Part shown: piece after piece, positions 23,436-36,850 of the stretch
Position numbering within the stretch: position 1 is the stretch's first letter
Layout: the number at the start of each line of letters is the position of its first letter
From: Oculina patagonica
Lineage: Eukaryota
Length of the DNA: 64,000 nt
Assembly: GCF_052425735.1 (NCBI RefSeq)
Contig: NC_135769.1
Location: forward strand, 9,176,001 to 9,240,000
Direction: 5' to 3'
The notes under the pieces: generated by a model
The model's database searches: none
What the model saw: only the letters and a program-made list of their open reading frames with translations
Told to the model about the DNA's origin: nothing
Translations under genes and position numbers: made by a program

Positions 23436-24256
23436 TAAGCGAGAGACCCTACCGGTCCTCAATACACCTGCCGAATTAAAAGGTGCTCTTCAAATATAAG
23501 GTGGCAAGCCTCACTGAATACGCCATGCAAAATTGTTTTGATGCAAATCCGTTTTTACTTTCTGAACGAAATTGTGCCAATTTTTGGATCTTCCCGTGTC
23601 TTTTAATGCTGTTTAGTTTTAATTTTGCGTTCATTCAGTCGTTGTTGTTGTGCAAAAAAAAGTGTTTCGTATCAAAGTTTTGGTATTACTTAGCACAGCT
23701 AACTGTGGTATTTTGGAGGGGAAATGTTATATGTGACCCTATTTAACGATATATTAGGAGCAATCTTTCACAAAAACTTCTTGTTGCAACTAACAACTGA
23801 AAATTGCAAACTCTCAGCTTCTCTCCTCCATTTCCCATAGTTGTGAGTATTTGCTATAACAAACGGTTAAAATGTTGTGGTCTGGTCTTTGCCCGTTGTA
23901 CTGTGCTTACTGTGAAATGCTCGGAGACATAAACTATATAAGCTACTCTTCAAATCCGAGGGTAAACAAAGTGATGATGATGATGATGAAACGGTTACGT
24001 GCAAGTGGAGCTAACTTCGTTGACAACAGATCTTTGATCAACTCAGTATTAATTATTCCGTTTGTTGATCTTAGAAACATATAGTGGTTCAATGTGCAAG
24101 ATTCGTCTGTTAAGAATTCGTTTTGGTAGCTTCGCCAGTAACCGACGAGCTCGAAAGCGAAATTGGCGACAATACGAGCAGGAGTAAAGCCCATAAAGGT
24201 CGTATCATGACAAACCCGAAGTAATGTAAGAGCGGGGGATGAAAGGTATGGTGCTA

Positions 24257-24365
24257 AACAACAACAACAGTAGCAATAACAACAACAACTGCAACAACAA
24301 AATTAACAACAATAAAAGCCACTATAACAACGACAACGATTGCAACAACAACTTGCAACAAACAA
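24257..24365. repeat. Imperfect (CAA)n microsatellite
   Basis: Direct inspection. Confidence 0.8.
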
Positions 24366-24611
24366 TGTATGTCTTGTATACTTAACGGGCTGGTCAGTAA
24401 AGCATTCAACTAAGGCGTCTGTAATGACATGAGATCGGAGATTTTCTGGCTCGTAAAATAGACTGTTAATAAAATAATCAGATTCATTGAATTGTCATGT
24501 AACCAGCGGTTTTGTAATCCTTTAGGGACTGTATTTAGACTGCAAAACAGTTGTATCTTTTGCGAACGCGCTCGGTCTTATGTTACTTTGAACTCCCCCG
24601 AACTACTTTAA

Positions 24612-25212
24612 CCCTCGGACGTACAAGGGGGGGGGGGGGGGTGGATGCCACCCCCCCATAAGGTTTTTTCCAAATTTTGAAAAAACGATTTACTCTACAA
24701 TGCTGAAACTTTCAGTAGCTGTTCATTCATCCTTTGCGGAAATTTTGATATGTCAACAATGTGTTCATGGTATTTGACGTTGCCATGGCAACGTCATAAA
24801 TACAAGCAGGTCTTGCCAAAAGTCGTCATTTTTACCATTTTTCTTAATTTTTTACAGTTTTTTAACACAGAAGTGCAAAATGTGTTTATTTTTACATTCC
24901 GTAAGCCTTCTGGCTTGATTTTGCATCAATTTCCGTTATTTTTTGACTTTCTAAGAAAATGTTGAAATCCAAGATGGCGGATCCAAGATGGCGGCTCTAA
25001 TGACGTCACGTGACGTCATGGACGGTGACGTCATGTGACGTCACAGCCAATTAAAATTATGTCATCTTGCAGAGTAAGTTAAGGGCTTTCTTCTCAGTTC
25101 AAAATAATTTCGCTACGCCTTAATATAACGAAAACTCCGGGGAGGGGTTCCATCCACCCCCCCCCCCCCTTGTACGATGGTGGGGGTGTGAGTTTGCTTG
25201 TACGTCCGAGGG
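24612..25212. mobile_element. piggyBac-like non-autonomous element
   Basis: TTAA TSD (24608-24611, 25213-25216); perfect TIR CCCTCGGACGTACAAG; internal IR GTACAAG(G)nTGGATG. Confidence 0.85.
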
Positions 25213-25583
25213 TTAAACTACTTTGAACTCCGTTTACAAAAAGTATAAATTGGTCTTTTTTTAACCTTACAAACTTAATTTCTAATAGACTACCGAAAAA
25301 TCCCAAAAGTTAGCACCCTCAACCGAAAAGAAAAGCCGCCAAAATTCCCTTTCATAGTAAATCTTCCCTGATTGTAAGCCCCTTTTGCAAAGATTGTTTT
25401 GTGTTTTACGTCGTTACAGTATAAACACACACTTGATGTTCATTTAAACTACTGTTTCCTCTGTGGCCTTTTTTTTTGTATAAATCCAACATTTTTAGAC
25501 GCAAACTTTTCAAAACCCAAGTAAAACCTTGCTCGCCACGTAAAAACGCAGAACTCAAAATTAATTCCCACTACCATCCCTCT

Positions 25584-25993
25584 CCCAGGGGGGGGTACTC
25601 CGTCTTGTAAATGACGGGGATGATCGAATGGAGGCAAAACGCAGGACCCAAAAAAATCCTTAAGTCTTCCGACATTACCCAGAAAAATCCCTGCACCAAC
25701 AATAACCCCCCAAAAATCCCTTGTCAAATTACCCCTAAATTGCCAGGAGCAGCAATAACATAACATAAAGAACGCTTGTTTTGTTTATTCATCATACCAT
25801 AAAAACGCCAAGGCCGCGCCAAGGCACTTTAGTTCGTTTTTAATACCCAAAAAAATCCCCTATCTAAATCAAGTCACCCAAAAAAATACTTGCCAAATTT
25901 TCCAACCCAAAAAAATCCCGGAATCGAAAATTTCAACCCCAAAAAAATCCTTCGATCATCCCCGTCATTAACAAGCCAGAGTAACCCCCTGGG
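25584..25993. mobile_element. TIR MITE with CCCAGGGGG termini
   Basis: CCCAGGGGGGGGTACTC..TTGTAAATGACGGGGATGATCGAA / TTCGATCATCCCCGTCATTAACAAG..GAGTAACCCCCTGGG; flanks ATCCCTCT / ATCCCTCC (possible 8-bp TSD, 7/8); internal ACCCAAAAAAATCC repeats. Confidence 0.75.
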
Positions 25994-26360
25994 ATCCCTC
26001 CCTTCCCCCTCTCCCAGAGAATAAGCCCGCCAAAAAGCCTCTTGGACAAACATAAGCTAAGCCTTTGAGTTTCCATCTGCAATGTCATATAATCCTGTTT
26101 ATTCGCAGCCGTTATTTAGCTTTAAGGGTCTTAAAACGCAGACGTCTTGTCTGAGAAGCGGTACGTTATGGCTGTTACGAAGACAACCTACTAAAAAAGG
26201 ATTACGTCTTTTAATCTGAAGTGTTGACAGTGGACTAAGCGAAATATCCGTGTTCACAAAAACCAAACCAAATTTTCCACCGTCATTATGCAATAAAACT
26301 AAACTGGTTTACTTAACCATTTCTGGTAGAATTTGTTCGATCTTCAATACAAAAGCATAG

Positions 26361-26515
26361 GGGTATAAATGGGCACCGGCGACATAATGCTGGAGGCGGG
26401 GTACCCTGTGATGGACTAGCATCCCATTCAGGGGGGAGAAGAAATATTTCCAGCCGCTTAATGCTACAGAAACCGAGATAAGTTCCGGTAGTATGGGCCG
26501 CATGGCTCGAGGCTT
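26361..26515 (+). mobile_element. SINE 3' fragment
   Basis: GTATAAATGGGCACCGGC...CCCTGTGATGGACTAGCATCCCATTCAGGGGGGAG...ATGCTACAGAAACCGAGATAAG; matches copies at 13.4 and 14.8 kb. Confidence 0.65.
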
Positions 26516-27204
26516 CCTTTAATTAATAATTTAGTAATATATCAGGACATGCAGTGTACTCTAGCTAGTTGATGAGTGTCTCTATTAGCTACCTGTCGAC
26601 TTGCCAACGTATTAAATTCATAAAGATTGAAAAAATGGATGTCCATTACTCCTGGGACATCAAGGGCTTAGTAGCGGACATGCATTTGCCAGCGAAATTA
26701 ACTCGTGTTTTGATTGAACTTGACAGCATATGACCTTGTTACTTCCATTCATTTAACCTACTCTAACAAATCTATTAAGTCGATTAGCACCAGACGATTT
26801 CGGATGTTTCATGCTCTTTCTTTTGTCTTCAGTTGTTTTTGAACAAAACTGAAATTTCAGTGTCGTGAAGCCCGACGTCTCCATTTAGGCGCCTTTGTTC
26901 CTGAATTCTTGATCACAATAAGGAAATGGGCGGCGCCCAAAAAGAAATAACTTTTAATGAGTCAGCTGGCTCAAATAAACGGCAATTTTCGGCGAGCAAA
27001 GAACAATTAATTAACGCTAAGATTATCTCATTGGAAGCTGTGAAGGTGTTTATGTATCGTCGAAAAAAAAAACTTTATTTATACACGTGACAATGAAGAG
27101 TACATCAACTGAGCGACTGAACTGAGTGATTGCACAGTCTCCCGAGCCAGGAGCTCATGTATAATATATGTAATTATGTATTCCAACAAACAACAAGCCA
27201 TATT

Positions 27205-27489
27205 TAGAGCAGTTTTCAATTGAGTGTCGTAAAACCAAAGCCAAAGCAATTACTCTGGCCAATCAAATAGGACACAGACAATCCAGTGAACCAATCAAAA
27301 CTCGAAGCAAATACATGTAGCCGGCACGAAGCGCGGGAAAACGTGCGCGAGCGAGACACGATTGGTTTTGGTTTTAGTTTTGATTGGCTGAGAAAGTGGC
27401 GCGAGATTTTTAAACCAATCACTAAACGAAGTAATGCAAAACCAATGCAAACGCAATTTACTTTCGACACTCAAGTGAAAACCGCTCTA
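27205..27489. mobile_element. MITE (TAGAGCAGTTTTCAATTGAGTGTCG family)
   Basis: TIRs TAGAGCAGTTTTCAATTGAGTGTCG / CGACACTCAAGTGAAAACCGCTCTA; several CCAATC boxes inside. Confidence 0.8.
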
Positions 27490-28603
27490 TTACTAAATTT
27501 GTATTTATCTATGATAGCCTAATTAGAGACAAATTACACAAATTCATAAAACGAATGAATTCGTCTTTACTGGGCTGTTCAGAAACGACCCCAAACTTTG
27601 GACTCACCAGTTCTCTTTTCTTTTCTTTTCTTACTGTCCTTTCCGCAATTCCTACTTCCCAGGGAATACGCTTTCAACCTGAAAAGCGTTTGACCTAACT
27701 TTTCTGAGAACACGAGAATGGTGACGTATAGAGATGACATGAATAAGTGTGCTAACAGAACATTCCTGCAAAACTATCTGTCAAAATTTCTTCGATTTTC
27801 AAAATTGTAGCCCAATCTTTACGCGTTGGCTGCTTTCGCAAGTTGTAAAAATGGTGCTTGTTTACAAAAGAGCTACCATTAATATGTATAGTGCACCGAT
27901 ATTGATGACGTCACTATAAAATATATCGTGCATCCATGTGCAGCGTGAAGGATCAATTATCATTTTTCAAAAGATTTAAAGTTCAGGACATTTTCGTTGA
28001 GAAAAGCCGTAACAAATTGACATAGAGGTTGTATTAGGAATGGCCACATGACGCATTTTGTTAATAAATCTTCTCAACGGCCAGGGGCAACTTAAAACTT
28101 CAATACGCTCTCAGGATGACTGCATTTACAAAATTCTAAGAGTTACGAGTAACAGTGAACATTGTACGTAAAGGTATTTTCAACTCAATTGATTTTCCCA
28201 ATTAGAAGACGAGTGTAAAATTGTTCAACTCTTGCAAGTCAAGTAAAAAAGGAGAAACGAAAAGCCTTATATGAGAAGTGGACAAGTAAAAAACAAAGCT
28301 GTCTTGAGAATGTGCGTGTATTTTTTTCAATGCCAAAAAGTGAGTGTATAATTTCAATCATCGTGTTAAGAGCAAGGTGCTGACATACTTATGGGGCAAA
28401 AACACGGGTTTTTTTTCTTTGATTCAGTCTAGTTAGTATATTTGATCAGTGTTTCGTCTGGCGGTAGTGCTAAATTTGCCAGGATTTAAACATGATAAAC
28501 CGCTTGTCGTTCCGGTGTCGTTTAAGCCTATTATTCATTCAAATCTCTGATTTATTATTTTCTTTATTTAACTTGATTTTTGCCATGATTATTTTGCTTT
28601 AGC

Positions 28604-28854
28604 TTATGCACCTATCAATGTTAAGCCGCTGGGAGGGGGGGGGGGGAGGCCGGGCATAGGCGGGGGATTTGACAGCAAGTATTTGCTCGTAGTGGGGACT
28701 TTTGACCGTTTTAATGGACTTTCTTACAACATTTTATTGAGGTTAAGTGACTCTTTTGAACATCCACACATGCCCTGGGGTTGGGCATTTGATCAGAAAG
28801 TCTAAGCTAAGTTCAAATGACCGGCCTATGCCCGGCCTCCCCTCCCCCCCCCCC
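28604..28854. mobile_element. Truncated MITE
   Basis: Left end TTATGCACCTATCAATGTTAAGCC; subterminal IR GGGGAGGCCGGGCATAGGC / GCCTATGCCCGGCCTCCCC; right terminus missing. Confidence 0.55.
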
Positions 28855-29821
28855 TTTTATCTATTTCATTTGAAAAGTGGTTCAAAAAAGTAAAACGAAA
28901 ATGTTCTTTGTCTTTGTCTTTGTAGGATTAAAACTGAGATTTTCTTTTTATGGACCTCCAGGCTGGTTAATAACCTACATATATTTCAACGCATTTGTGC
29001 AATAGTGTGAGTGGTTAACTCGATTTGCCTGACTACAAGACAATAATAGACGTCTGTAGTTTGCGTTCTCCAATGAACTTGGCCTTTCCTTTTTCTCTTT
29101 TTCTTTATTTCCCTTTAGTTGAGGCGCCAAAGGGTAGAATTTTTCACCTTACACTTTTATATTTTACGGTAGGAATGAAAATTTCGTAAAAGGCCATTAA
29201 CTTCGAGGTAGCCGTTTCTAAGAAAAATTAAAAGCGGTAAAATTATGCCTATTTTATATTTACAAAAACCCGTTTCTAAAATAAGGTGTCCAAAACATTG
29301 TTAGAAAGAGAGATTTGAAATACGTATTTCAATATTTTCCAGTGCATTGGAGCAAGACGAAAATGAATGACATATTCACTTAAGGCTCTTAACGACAGAT
29401 TTAAAGAAGGAATTTCGTTCTTCTTTTGTCAAATTTTTCCGTTACATCATTTTCTGAATACCGCTGAACAGGTATCTTTTAATAAATCTCCGTTAGATTG
29501 CCAGTACATCGCATGGCTGCTCAATCGAAGTCGTATCGGATAAACAGGCAAAAACTTAATAGAAAAGTCAACTTCCGATTCTTAGTGACCCGTGGTTAAA
29601 ATATAAACATAAGACGTAAAGATAAATATTAAAGTCAAGGAATGTTAACAAGTTTTATCAACAAACGTTTCGGGACGCCTCATCGAACACTGGGAACTAG
29701 TTTTAAAGCATATGGAAAACAGACTGGGGCGAGTGCAACCATGAATAAACTTGATTACTGTAATCCATTTGAAGCCGAACTTGATTTGCACGTGACGAAC
29801 AATAGTGTAATAGTTATTTCC

Positions 29822-30122
29822 CTGGCCCCAGTTGTTCAAAGGGTGGATAACACTATCCACCAGGGCCCAGTTGTTCGAAGGGTGGGTAACGCTATTCACT
29901 GGTTAAATTACTATCCAGTGGATAGCGTAGTTTGTTTTGTTAGCATTTATCCACTGGATAGCGATTTATCCGGCGGATAGCGTTATTCACCCTTCGAACA
30001 ACTGGGCCCTGACTGAAATAACTATCCTGTGGATAGCGTAGTTTGTTTTGTTAACGCTTATCCAATGGAAAGCGATTCTTCTGGTAAATAGCGTTATTCA
30101 CCTTTTAAACAACTGGACACTG
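29822..30122. mobile_element. CWG-flanked MITE with a second copy of the same family nested at 29861-30011
   Basis: Outer CTGGCCCCAGTTGTTCAAAGGGTGGATAAC...CCTTTTAAACAACTGGACACTG; inner CAGGGCCCAGTTGTTCGAAGGGTG...CACCCTTCGAACAACTGGGCCCTG. Confidence 0.85.
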
Positions 30123-30401
30123 TATTACCATAATTGCCTTGTACAGTATTTCAAAGATCAGGAGCTGTTTTCCTGCAAAGGCTCTAACTTTCCCCAAATG
30201 TTCCAATTTTGCAATCATGGCTTTGATTGTGACGTTTTATATGAAAAGTATGCGTAAAAAGGGAGAAGGTAGATTATATTTACAGTAAGTTTTAGTATAC
30301 GATTATTTACAGTAATCACGGAAAGGCCACATTTGTACTTTTATAGCTTTATATAGAATTAATACCTATCACGAGATTAGATTTATCTAGAAACACAAAA
30401 T

Positions 30402-30586
30402 ATAGACCGAATGCATAAATGGCTACCAATTTAAAATTCTTTTGTATGCATTTAAATTAGCCTGACTAACCTCGCTCTAGAGCAAAAATTCTTTCGAATT
30501 ATCAACTCAAAAACGAGGTTAGTCAGGCTAATTTAAATGCATACAAAAGAATTTTAAATTGGCAGCCATTTATGCATTCGGTCTAT
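30402..30586. mobile_element. Fold-back MITE / long palindrome
   Basis: ~73-bp near-perfect arms ATAGACCGAATGCATAAATGGCT...CTAACCTCG and its reverse complement, with a ~40-bp spacer. Confidence 0.85.
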
Positions 30587-33500
30587 GACTTTCGTTTCTT
30601 TATCGTTGCCTATCCAAAGGTAAGGCGAAATTTCAAAATGTGGTATTTAGATGGCATGTCGAGGCATAATTTACTGATTGATGTTGAATTCGTGAAGTAA
30701 CGAGACGTGTTTCAATTCTAGCTATCGGAAATGAGTTTTAATGCCAATAAAACACTCGATTTGCATTATCACGAAAGAAAAACAATTCGGTGCAAAAGTT
30801 ATAGTTCAATCAGCCCCGTGGCACGATTCGGAAATGCTTTGTGTCCGAAAAACGTTTTTCAGGACCTTTCCATCAAACCATTACTTCTCAGTTTAGAAAA
30901 ATTAATTAAAAACCATCTCCCACTTCCTTTGTTACGCTTGAGTTGTTTAATCTCGACATCTTTACAAAGCGGCACAGCTCTAAAGGCCGTGAATCGACGG
31001 TACGTCTAAACAAGAAGGCTTTGCATTTAGCCTGTTACTACACGCTGAGAATTCTATTAACCACTTGAAAAGGTCAGCAGTTTATCTTTGTTCCGTTTTA
31101 AAAGCGTTCCACAAATAAATTTTGAAAACAAGCCAAAGACGCACGCAGCTTTGGCTTTTGAAAATTGTCGTTTCGTCTCGTGTTTTTGAAAGGAGATTCG
31201 GTTTACGTGAACTTTTAGTGGAAATTGTGCAAGTTTCCGAAAGTATATTCAATAATTATCTGACATATTTTTCCCCTACATTGTTTCCACTACCCTTCTT
31301 GTTAATTGTCAGATGGCCAATCCAGTTTTACAGTTCTTTTTTTTTATGCCGAGTATATTGTTAGTGCTGCTAAGTTTGAAGCTCAATCTTACGTCCTTGT
31401 TCAATGGACAGGCCGTCAAGCCTGTCAAATCCAGAGTGACAAACTATAGCACATTTCTTATACGAAGACAGAGAGAAGATCCACTTAGTAAGCCCAAAAT
31501 AGAAACCCGAAGGCGGCAGTTTAACTACTTTAGAATGTCCTCGTCCTGTTTTATATGTGCCATTCAAAGATTGCTCATATCTTCCCATCACTGTTGTATT
31601 TTGACATCAGCCGTTACCTCAGATTAGTTTCTTACAAGAGCGATGAAAATATTAGTCTACCATGCCCCCATCACGTGATTCAGTGTAACTATTCGATGAA
31701 CTTATTTTCACCGTATCCTCCAAAACTGCTTATATCCAGGTCATCTTAAATTGGTTTCGAGTCAGGAACCCGAAAAAATCGTTTAAATGTAGTTGAAAAA
31801 AGTGATTTTAAGTTAGCATTTCCACTTGTAAACGCCAAGAAAAGTGTATAAAATCTAGGATAGATTTCTAAGCTTTTCGTGGATTTTGTTCTTCGGTTTT
31901 AAAGTAGAAAGAAACATCAACATAATAAATATTCCCATAAGCATGTTGGTTGAGACATGCACCCTTTTTGAATTTTTTTTTTTTTTTGAAATTCTGGATT
32001 GCCTTCTAGAGTGAATGAAATCCGTAACAATTTTATCAGTGTCTAGATATACATGCATATATATAATAAAGGACATTAAAGACCGCCATCCTTCCACCTA
32101 CACACATATCCGTAATGTCATGAAGGTCTATAAATTAGATAAAAATAAGAAGCTTCCGAAAATAAAGGCACTAATCCTGTTAGAAATCCCTGTTTAATTC
32201 AAAGGATCGTTTCCCAATTGTCATCCGCTTCCTGTATTTATCTTCCATCTTTCTGTGAGACACTTGAAATCCTGTGGCGATTTAAATGGAAAATACACGC
32301 AGCAAATTTTTTTAAATTTAAACGAATCCGGAGCGTTTGCATGCCTTATCTAACAGCTTAAAGTAAAATCAATTAAAATATCTCATTTTTCAATTTTTTC
32401 CCGAAGGAATTTAGAGTTTTTGGATGGTAATTTTATAGTTATCTGCTCGAACAAGAAGCATTCGACATGTTATATATCTAACGGGTTTGACCGCGAAAGG
32501 TGGATTAAAAAAAACAGATTTTATTAACAGACCTCGCCTTCCGTTTTGCATTCATCCAAAGGACAATGAGTCATATGCTCTTTTAAGCTATCGCTGCAAG
32601 ATTTCATCTCCAATACAAAGAAAACGGAAAATTCAAAGAAAAGAGACAATGAAAAAACTGCTGGTTTGAGAATGTGCTAAATAAATTCCCACCGCGAACG
32701 TAACTTACCTCAATGTTCAGTGTCCATAAATGAGTTACCTTAAACTATATCAAATAAATATCGTTAATTTGTACGCTACAAAGCATGGAAGTTTTATCTA
32801 TTTCAGTAGTAGGTGCTTGGAGTGAAATAGGTTTGGTCTTAAAATGTCCCTCGATTAACAAGCAGAGTGGCCAAGGGCTCCTGACACAGTGGCATTGCTA
32901 AATTAGTCAGGGGAAAATGAAATCGTACATGTTCTCGATTTCATTTATAGTTAATTTGATAGTGGAGTTCTATGCCTAGCGAAAAAGTTCGTAAAATTCG
33001 CAGATCTGTGGCAAATTTTGTCAGCAACAACACCAAGTAACACACAGCCTGGGAATTGTCAAGACCACTTGGAAAAACATGCCTGGCGTAAAGGAAACCC
33101 AAAATGCGCAAACACTTGAAGCCATTATTATTTCAGCTCGATCATTGTTTCAGTAGTAGTTTAATGATGGAAATAACGAGATTTGCTTGCGAACAGTGTA
33201 GAGATAAAGTGGACCTTGGCATTGGGAAGGCGAACTTAATGAGTCACTTTACAACCAGCATTCCTTTTACATAGCTGATCAGTCTACTAAAGTGTTCAAA
33301 ACAGTTGCTTCTAAATTTCCCTCTTATTATTTTCCTCCTAGATATTCCGCTATTAAGGCGATTGTCTCTAACAGGCTAGTTATATTCTCAGTTAATGGTC
33401 CTTTTTTCTTAATCTTCAATTTTCTCTAGTAAGTGTTTCTAAAGACTAATGAACAAGATCTAGAATTGTGAGCGTTTCGAGCAAGCTTGGGTTGTTGTTA

Positions 33501-35530
33501 GATGCGAACACACGAAGCGTCTCAGCCGACCGTCCACTGATCTAAGAATTTGTGTCGTGAAGCTTAAAGATTACGATCGAAATCATTTCGATTATTTCAA
33601 ATCTAATGCCCTATCAATATTTATTTGTATGATAAAGATCTTAAAATGAATTATTATTTCTAGATTGCTTAGTAGATGTTGTGAACTGTCAGGCAGAATG
33701 TTGCAAAGTGACGGTTTACCCAAATGCGTTTCGTGAAGACTAAATTTGCGTACCTGGGGCGTACATTTTTTCTCTCATAAATTAAGTAATTTCGTCTAAA
33801 GTTGAATAAAAGGTTACCTGCTATCATTTATTGTAGCATCTGATTTACAATCACGAAATCGAGCAGCATTATCTGACTATATTGTCATCCATTTTACCGG
33901 GACTCGTCTGGACCCCACCTACATAAAGATTTGATCCGGCTTCCTTCGCACAGAACTGGCTAGTCATTCCTCTTCAAACCCGCTTTGTGTAAAAAATGTC
34001 ACAGCAAAACATCCATTCGAACGATCTTTTGAAATTTTAAGGCACACAGCCATTTTACAACCTTTGATTTTTTTAACAAAAGGTGAAAACGAAGAGCTTT
34101 TGTTATTCTCAATGGAACGCGCAGGGAATTTCCGTCCCCCTTTGAGCTAGACCTCCCTGTTCAATGTGCCTGATGTATTTTTCTTACACAAACGGACAAC
34201 GCTGAGTTTTTTGGTGACCAAAAAATAACAAAGCGGCCCTCCGTCTGTTTTTGGTATGCCTACGTTTGAACATTTGCTCAAGTCTACAGATCATTTATTG
34301 CTGTATTGTGTTTAGTTGAGACACATTTACAAGGCTTTCTTCTTTCTCGACTGTTTTATTTGTTTTCGTTTCTTTCAGTTGCTTTAATTTCTATCGCAGC
34401 CTGTTCATAAACTAATCGACATCATCTTGCTAAGAAGATTAAATTAGATCCCTAGCGTAAGGAGAGTCAAGCTCGTGTCCAAACAGAAACGTTAACAATG
34501 CGTACAGTTATCATGTATTGGAATAAAACTTTGAACACATAAAAAAGGCAAATGGCTTTCGTTGCTTCATTCACAACGAACGTCTTAAACAACAACACGT
34601 ATGTATATCTTCACGAATTCAATGTAGAACTTGTTTAATACTGAGTACACGACAGAACTAAAACATAAAATTCTGCACAAATAGAATTGAATGTATTGAT
34701 GCTACTCGGGATGCATACTGTTATCGAAGGGAAAGCTTTGAACTCATAAATTGAGGCAAATAATGGTTTCTAATTTGCGGACTGCCTGTCTCGATCAACT
34801 ACTCTAGGTCTAGGAATTTCCGAAGTTTGAGACTGTATTCTCGGGATTTCTCATGCATTTAGCTAAGGTCAGAAATTTCGGTTTCTGAACTGCGTCTGGT
34901 TCTCGTATTCAAATAATGTCTAATTTATCATTCTTCTCCTCTTGACATAGAAGAACAACAAACTTAAGAAAATCTATATTCTTGTGTAGGATTTACGTTT
35001 ACAAATAACAGATTAGAAATCTAGATTGTTAATTTTAACGTTCTGAAAAGAAATTAAATGGTTATAATTAAGAAGCGAGCAAAGTCAGCGAAGTCATTTC
35101 TGTGAGAGTTTCGCAGTTTTCAATGTATCTTTGTCCTACCTAAAGAACTTAATCTGCGACTGTTCTCAATAAAATTCTGCTTTGTGGTAAACCCTGTGAA
35201 TAATCGAGTCAACTGCTAACTGCAATAGCTTTACTCACTCCACACCGCAGGGACTACATATGGATATTCTCAATCGGTACATTATTATTGTCATGTATCA
35301 AGCCATGACGCCTAACTATTGATAGAATCTCTAACAGTGCTACTGGGTTATACCTACAGCTCATTATTTTATATACAGACCCTCTGTTACTTTGACAAGA
35401 TCAACCCTGGCCTTACACTAAATGTAACGGTGTAGTTCCTTTTGTTGTGTTTCACTGACAACAGGACTGACCTTGGCAGAAGAAATGTTTCTTATTAGAC
35501 TTAGTTTAACTAGTAGATGTCCTTCCACCT

Positions 35531-36850
35531 CTAACACGAATACCAGTTCGTGTTAACTTCTCGTTCACTCTGTGAACTCGCACAGTTATGGCCGTTTGTT
35601 GAGCTGATCGAATGACGGAGGTGTTCTTGAGGTGAAGGCGTACTCAAACGACTCCTGTCTTGGCCGCTCGATTCGAGTAGCGGCGGCGGAGAAGGCGAAA
35701 TGCCGTGCAGCTTCATGTGCTTGCGAAGAGAACTAGGATGTGTGTAGCTTTTGTTACACCCCTGGTATTTGCAGTTGTACGGCTTATCTGATGTATGGAC
35801 ATGGGAATGCTTTTTCCTATCGCTTGAGTTGGCGAAGCGGCGATCGCAGCCGGGGAACTCGCATACAAAAGGCTTTTCGCCCGTGTGAGTTCGTTTGTGA
35901 ATTTTTAAGTTCTCAGACCTAGCGAAGAGTTTGCCACATCCAGGAAAAGGACAAGGGAATGGTTTTTCTCCTGTGTGGACTCTGATGTGATTGACCAGCT
36001 TGTACTTTGCTTTAAACGGGAGTCCATTACGACCGCAGTTTCTCCAAAAGCAGACGTGTAAAGGAGAATCATTCTGGCTAACATGTTCGTCATTTAAGTG
36101 CCTTACTATTTCATGGATACTGGTATACTGCTTGCCACAGATCTTATTCTTCGGGTAGTTCTGAGGATCAATCCACTCGCAGGTCATGATTTTGTTAGGT
36201 GGCTGGCTCATGAATTGAGAGAAGTGGACTGGAGCGTAGTTGAGAGAGCGATGATGGTCGTAACTGTATGGTGACGGCGAGTACATGTCTACTCGTGAAT
36301 ACATGTCGCCTGGCGGTGGAAATGCGAAGGCTGGCCTTTGTGGCGTCTCGGGATCGGAAGGGCCGTTCATCGATGGGTAGAAGTTGTGTCGCTTTACGTC
36401 TGGTCTCGCCTGATGAAGAGTCAATGGACTGAAGTTGGAATGAATCGAAGGACCCTGGCATTGAGGAAATCTACTCGGTCCCGGTGGTACGGGTTCGTAA
36501 AGTGAGTGTCCATGCGGACCATGAGCTATAGAGCCAGAACTTGGCAGATGATCTTGGCGATGAAGGTAATCTCTGCTACTCAAATTTTGAGCGGCACATG
36601 CTGCTCTGACTTGACTGGTGTGTGGAGTAAAGGGATAGCCACTGGTTTGGGAGCTAAACACAGCCTTGGTGTCGGCAATAGGTTCGGGAATTCTGTGGGC
36701 CAAGTTGAAGGCCGTTCGCGAAATCATACTGGGGCTGGACTCCATAAAAGGGTTTCCAACATATGGAGAATCTTTGCCGGGCTCGACGAAGTCAGCCACG
36801 GTCGGATGGCCAACGGAAGCGCTTTGACTAAACAGCGAAATATTGTCCAT
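35531..36850 (-). CDS. Zic: Zic family C2H2 zinc-finger transcription factor, 439 aa, intronless (paralogue 1)
   Basis: Five Zic-type fingers incl. [89 protein letters not shown]...[19 protein letters not shown]; ZOC-like SRDYLHR; ZF-NC-like FSQFMSQP; C-terminal NWY. Confidence 0.97.
   Translation of the reverse strand: MDNISLFSQSASVGHPTVADFVEPGKDSPYVGNPFMESSPSMISRTAFNLAHRIPEPIADTKAVFSSQTSGYPFTPHTSQVRAACAAQNLSSRDYLHRQDHLPSSGSIAHGPHGHSLYEPVPPGPSRFPQCQGPSIHSNFSPLTLHQARPDVKRHNFYPSMNGPSDPETPQRPAFAFPPPGDMYSRVDMYSPSPYSYDHHRSLNYAPVHFSQFMSQPPNKIMTCEWIDPQNYPKNKICGKQYTSIHEIVRHLNDEHVSQNDSPLHVCFWRNCGRNGLPFKAKYKLVNHIRVHTGEKPFPCPFPGCGKLFARSENLKIHKRTHTGEKPFVCEFPGCDRRFANSSDRKKHSHVHTSDKPYNCKYQGCNKSYTHPSSLRKHMKLHGISPSPPPLLESSGQDRSRLSTPSPQEHLRHSISSTNGHNCASSQSEREVNTNWYSC

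Noticed and set aside
29822-30122. CRISPR-like repeat array
   Set aside because: Eukaryotic context; the repeats are MITE TIRs and internal motifs with no unique spacers and no cas genes
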